Shown here piece after piece: positions 26,095 through 29,678 of a stretch of DNA of 29,678 nucleotides. The DNA is taken from positions 1 to 29,678 of IMG/VR virus record IMGVR_UViG_3300002307_000172. One strand, 5' to 3'. Both the position numbers and the translations under genes were made by a program. Every line of letters starts with the position of its first letter. The stretch's first letter is position 1. The notes beneath the pieces are model-generated. The model saw only the letters and a list, made by a program, of their open reading frames with translations. It was not told the origin of the DNA and searched no databases. Source of the stretch: a virus (Duplodnaviria; Caudoviricetes).

Positions 26095-28345
26095 TTACGA
26101 TCTCGGTGGTAAGTAACGGAATCTTAGGTACCTTTGGTTTTGAAATAAGTAGGATCTTATCCTCATTAATAGTAATGGATACCTGCCCACCGTGTTTAAG
26201 ATCAGTGAACAGCATCATCTTAGCAAGGTCTCGTTTAATCTCTTTATCAATAACACGTTGTAATGGTCTTGCACCCATTTTAGAATCAAATCCCTTTTCA
26301 ATAAGCCAATTAATTGCTTCCTTATTGATCTTAACCTTGATCCCTTTCTCTTTGACCATCCCTTGAAGCTCGTCGATAAATTTATTTACAATCTTAACAG
26401 ACGTAATTCTATCGAGTCTATTAAATGTGATAATACCATCTAAACGATTTCGGAATTCTGGAGTAAAGAATTTCTTAAGATCTGTATCACTAAAGTCCTT
26501 TTGTTGTACCCCGAACCCAATTGTGTTCTTTTCAGCAGCCTGCGCACCTGCATTTGTAGTAAGAATAAGAATGATATTACGGCAATCTGCCTTTTTACCA
26601 TTAGAACCAGTTACAAATCCGTTATCCATTAATTGCAATAGAATTGTTGTTACATCAGGATGTGCTTTTTCAACCTCATCGAGAAGTAATACTGCATTAG
26701 GGTGTTCTTGAATCTGTGTAATCAGTTGACCTGCATTTTCTTCAAAACCTACATATCCCGGGGGGCTACCAATCAACTTACTAACACTATGCTGTTCTTG
26801 GTATTCACTCATATCGAATCGAATAAGATTTACACTAAGATGTTTAGCAAGTGATTTAGCAGTTTCGGTCTTACCACAGCCAGTTGGGCCCATGAATACA
26901 AATGAACCGATTGGTTTGTTTTCGGATTTAAGACCTGCTTGTGCAACAATAATCTTATCAACCACTTCTTCGATTGCAAGGTCTTGGCCGTAAACATCGT
27001 CTTCGAGTCCTTGTTGCAACTTTGAAAGACATACACTTTCGGTTTCCATAACTTGTTCTTCAGGAAGATTTACCATCTTACTAAGTTCAAATTGAATTTC
27101 ATGTTCACCGATAATTCTATCTTCAACGATCTTTAAATTAAATCGTGAACATGCACAATCAATAAGATCGATCGCCTTATCGGGAAGTTTCTTATCTGCT
27201 TGATATTTTACAGATAACTTAATTGCAGCCTGAAGAGCATCTTCCTTAATTTTAACATTATGATGCTGTTCGTAGTACTTTTTAATTCCCTTGAGAATTT
27301 GTAATGTTACTTCTTGTGTAGGTTCATCGATGGTAATACGCTGGAATCGACGCATTAATGCACGATCCTTTTCAAAATGCTTGCGATATTCTTCCCAAGT
27401 AGTTGATGCAATTACCTTAATATTGCCTTTGCTAAGTGCAGGCTTCATCATATTTGCAAGGTCGTTTGCACTATTTCCACCTGACCCTGCGCCATTAATC
27501 ATATGTGCTTCGTCGATGAATAGTACAGTCTTTCCTTTCTTTTGTAATGCCTTAATTACATGTTTAAATCTTTCTTCAAAATCGCCTCGATATTTACTAC
27601 CTGCAAGCATTGCGCTAATATCTAGATTATAAACGGTATAGTCTTTAAGGAATTCTGGCACTGCACCTTTAACAATGTTGTATGCAAGACCTTCGGCAAT
27701 TGCAGTTTTACCTACCCCCGGATCACCAACAAGAATTACATTATTCTTACTTCTACGTCCAAGTGCAAGTGCAATGTTTTCAAGTTCGTCGATTCTACCG
27801 ATAACGGGATCGATTTTGCCCTTATTAACGTAGTCATTAAGGTTAGTGGTATATGCATTAAGTGCTTTATTACTGCCTGCATCGGGCTGTTCTATTTCTT
27901 CATCTTCATCTTCGACTGCATTATTTAGGTAATCGGCAAATTTATCTTTGTCAATTTCTGCTTGCTGGGTATAGTAAAACACCCATGATTTTTTCTCTCC
28001 CATCATAGAAAGGAACACATCAGTGGGTTCAATTTTTTGACGACCATTAAACAACACTTGAGTAAATGCTCGATTAAGAACACGCTCCACTGTTTGTGTC
28101 TTTTTTGGTTTCACAACTACTTCTTGAGTAGTAATATCAGCACACTTTGTCGTCAAGTATTCAAAAATATTCTTCTTAATAGTGTCTGTATTTGCACCAT
28201 ATCCTTTGATGCATTTAGTGAAAGAGTCTTCTTCGAGCATGGAATGTAAAATATGCTCGATAGTAAGATACTCGTGATGCATTTTTTTAGCAGTTTCGAT
28301 TGCTCGCTCAAATACTGCTTGTAGATTATCACTAGGTTCAACCAT
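26081..28345 (-). CDS. clpA: ATP-dependent Clp protease ATP-binding subunit ClpA
   Basis: Clp N-domain (HHEYLTIEH), NBD1 GDPGVGKT/LFIDEAH, NBD2 GPTGCGKT/LLDEVEK, pore loop GYVG and ClpP-docking IGF loop; no ClpB-length middle domain; 754 aa. Confidence 0.92.
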   Translation of the reverse strand: MVEPSDNLQAVFERAIETAKKMHHEYLTIEHILHSMLEEDSFTKCIKGYGANTDTIKKNIFEYLTTKCADITTQEVVVKPKKTQTVERVLNRAFTQVLFNGRQKIEPTDVFLSMMGEKKSWVFYYTQQAEIDKDKFADYLNNAVEDEDEEIEQPDAGSNKALNAYTTNLNDYVNKGKIDPVIGRIDELENIALALGRRSKNNVILVGDPGVGKTAIAEGLAYNIVKGAVPEFLKDYTVYNLDISAMLAGSKYRGDFEERFKHVIKALQKKGKTVLFIDEAHMINGAGSGGNSANDLANMMKPALSKGNIKVIASTTWEEYRKHFEKDRALMRRFQRITIDEPTQEVTLQILKGIKKYYEQHHNVKIKEDALQAAIKLSVKYQADKKLPDKAIDLIDCACSRFNLKIVEDRIIGEHEIQFELSKMVNLPEEQVMETESVCLSKLQQGLEDDVYGQDLAIEEVVDKIIVAQAGLKSENKPIGSFVFMGPTGCGKTETAKSLAKHLSVNLIRFDMSEYQEQHSVSKLIGSPPGYVGFEENAGQLITQIQEHPNAVLLLDEVEKAHPDVTTILLQLMDNGFVTGSNGKKADCRNIILILTTNAGAQAAEKNTIGFGVQQKDFSDTDLKKFFTPEFRNRLDGIITFNRLDRITSVKIVNKFIDELQGMVKEKGIKVKINKEAINWLIEKGFDSKMGARPLQRVIDKEIKRDLAKMMLFTDLKHGGQVSITINEDKILLISKPKVPKIPLLTTEIVNDPA

Positions 28346-28400
28346 TATGTTTTCCTCTAAAAATATTTATGATGTTCTAATATTAGCATATGTAATGCTC

Positions 28401-29255
28401 TCAGTCAATTTTTCCGGTGATCTCCTTGTTAATGTGTCTTAATTTAGATACGATTGCCGCATTAGTGATTGCCTGCACCTTAATATTAATAATAATAATA
28501 AATCGACCAGTACGTCCACTATGCGGATTAGTAAATCCTTTGCCTTGGCTTGCAAATTCGGTGCCGGTTTCCACGCCTGCGCGGACTTCTAAATCCATTT
28601 GCTGTCCGGTAATTAATTGTATCTTTTTCTTACATCCGATCATTGCTTCAATTGGGTTGACATCGAGTTTTGTGTAAAGATCGTCTCCTTGTCTAGTAAA
28701 TCGATTATCTGGTGCTACTATAATTGTAACATTAAGGTTACCGCGAGGCGCTCCGGGATTAGAATCATCGCCCAACCCTTGATACCGTATTGTTGCACCA
28801 TTTTCAACACCGGCCGGCACATTAATAACAACTGATTGAGGTTTACCACTTGGCAGAGTGTATGCTGCTTCAATTTGTTTACCTTGATATGACTCAAATA
28901 ATGTGATCTGGCATTGAATGTTTAGATCTCGATTGCGGTGCATGTGAGGCTGTTGTCTTCCAAAGATATCGTGAAAATGTGCACCAAAAGGAGAATTTCC
29001 AAAAATATCGTGGAAATGCGCACCAAAAGGGCTATCACCGAAATTCATTTGTTGCCCTCCCATTCGCATTTGATCATATTCGGCTTTTTTCTGCGGGTCG
29101 CTTAACGCATCATATGCCGCCGAAATGTCTTTGAATTTGGTTTGATCACCCCCTCGGTCTGGGTGATGTTTCATTGCAAGACTCCTATAAGCCTTCTTAA
29201 TTTCGTCAAGTGATGCTTGTTCAGCAACTCCTAAAATTTCATAATAATTCTGCAT
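28401..29255 (-). CDS. dnaJ: class B J-domain co-chaperone (DnaJ/CbpA-like, no Zn finger)
   Basis: J domain with HPD, G/F region, C-terminal substrate-binding domains; no CxxCxGxG; SD GAGG. Confidence 0.93.
   Translation of the reverse strand: MQNYYEILGVAEQASLDEIKKAYRSLAMKHHPDRGGDQTKFKDISAAYDALSDPQKKAEYDQMRMGGQQMNFGDSPFGAHFHDIFGNSPFGAHFHDIFGRQQPHMHRNRDLNIQCQITLFESYQGKQIEAAYTLPSGKPQSVVINVPAGVENGATIRYQGLGDDSNPGAPRGNLNVTIIVAPDNRFTRQGDDLYTKLDVNPIEAMIGCKKKIQLITGQQMDLEVRAGVETGTEFASQGKGFTNPHSGRTGRFIIIINIKVQAITNAAIVSKLRHINKEITGKID
28959..29033. repeat. tandem 39-bp-period repeat encoding SPFGAHFHDIFG twice
   Basis: Identical peptide copies with several synonymous nucleotide differences. Confidence 0.9.
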
Positions 29256-29298
29256 GTTGGTCCTCTACTCAGAAAAACAGATCAAGTAATACAGTATA

Positions 29299-29327
29299 AT
29301 TATACTATATCAGACTTGACCTGTCAA
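29299..29327 (-). promoter_or_regulatory. consensus sigma70 promoter TTGACA-N17-TATAAT upstream of dnaJ
   Basis: Perfect boxes; the -10 lies inside the palindrome AGTATAATTATACT. Confidence 0.85.
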
Positions 29328-29335
29328 CTCTTTGG

Positions 29336-29587
29336 TTATTTTCTTTTCTTAACCGGTGTCGGAACTTTAGTGCCTTCAAACTTATGATGCATTTTCATCT
29401 TCTTGCATTTCTTTTTGCCATTGATTTCAACGCATACTTGCTTAACTTCCCCGTCTTTAACATCGGTCTTTGAAGATTCTTTCGAAGCTTCAGTTGCTAG
29501 TGCAGTTTCCTTCTTTTCGTGAGAAGTTGCACTTGCAAGTCCGACTGTTAAGAAACTTACTAATAAAATTTCTAATACCTTTTTCAT
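29336..29587 (-). CDS. small secreted/periplasmic protein (83 aa)
   Basis: Sec-type signal peptide MKKVLEILLVSFLTVGLASA; Cys pair CVEINGKKKC; SD AGGAG. Confidence 0.75.
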   Translation of the reverse strand: MKKVLEILLVSFLTVGLASATSHEKKETALATEASKESSKTDVKDGEVKQVCVEINGKKKCKKMKMHHKFEGTKVPTPVKKRK

Positions 29588-29595
29588 TTTAACTC

Positions 29596-29678
29596 CTATA
29601 ATGGTTCATCGACTTGTGGTGCAGGGCCTGAACCAAATGCCGTATTAACAACAGGACCTGGTGCTACATAAACTGGTG
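29596..29678 (-). CDS. 3' end of a gene truncated by the window (Pro-rich tail)
   Basis: Hand translation ...PVYVAPGPVVNTAFGSGPAPQVDEPL*; the TAG overlaps the next gene's SD. Confidence 0.55.
   Translation of the reverse strand, partial: PVYVAPGPVVNTAFGSGPAPQVDEPL

Noticed and set aside
28383-28400. TTAGCA...TGCT inverted repeat between dnaJ and clpA as a CIRCE element
   Set aside because: It does not match TTAGCACTC-N9-GAGTGCTAA in sequence or spacing; the stem is only 5 bp.
879-28835. Many 60-150 aa ORFs in the track that are antisense or out of frame within long genes (e.g. 4855-5193, 13157-13531, 25911-26366, 27291-27632)
   Set aside because: They are shadows of well-supported genes, mostly with non-ATG starts and no recognisable motifs.
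1-29678. Alternative genetic code (stop-codon reassignment)
   Set aside because: Conserved genes are full-length in code 11 and coding density is high; TAA and TGA end many genes and TAG ends at least one.
1-29678. Impression of frequent TCGA/ATCGAT tetramers and hexamers as a footprint of the modification
   Set aside because: It cannot be quantified by eye; needs Markov-corrected k-mer counts on the whole genome.

Overview
An AT-rich, densely coding segment of a large T4-like/jumbo dsDNA phage (standard genetic code; no tRNA, CRISPR or integrase seen). All genes are on the minus strand except one 5'-truncated, tandem-repeat GT-A glycosyltransferase at the left end. In transcription order (right to left) the window has: a secreted small protein, dnaJ and clpA; a late block of probable capsid-internal proteins with MKIxE-like leaders and many L/I/M/V-x-E sites; a replication block (DsbA/GapR-like protein, family B DNA polymerase, sliding clamp); a 7-deazaguanine DNA-modification cluster; a T4 RNase H-like nuclease; conserved unknowns; a MoxR-like AAA ATPase with a metallopeptidase-vWA partner; and thyX. 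The best candidate for an undescribed system is the deazaguanine cluster (about 9.5-17.4 kb). It has a DpdA/TGT-fold enzyme, a T-fold protein with LxxxHRHxF, FolE and an atypical QueE. It has no QueC or canonical QueD in the window, but adds a GT-B glycosyltransferase, a purine phosphoribosyltransferase and an unknown gene coupled to dpdA. The DpdA tail shares an FxxLF motif with the polymerase tail, suggesting clamp-coupled modification. Non-coding highlights are twin hairpins with similar 8-nt loops abutting the polymerase SD, a terminator with an embedded late-promoter motif, and promoters overlapped by inverted repeats. All assignments come from reading motifs by eye; no database searches were run.
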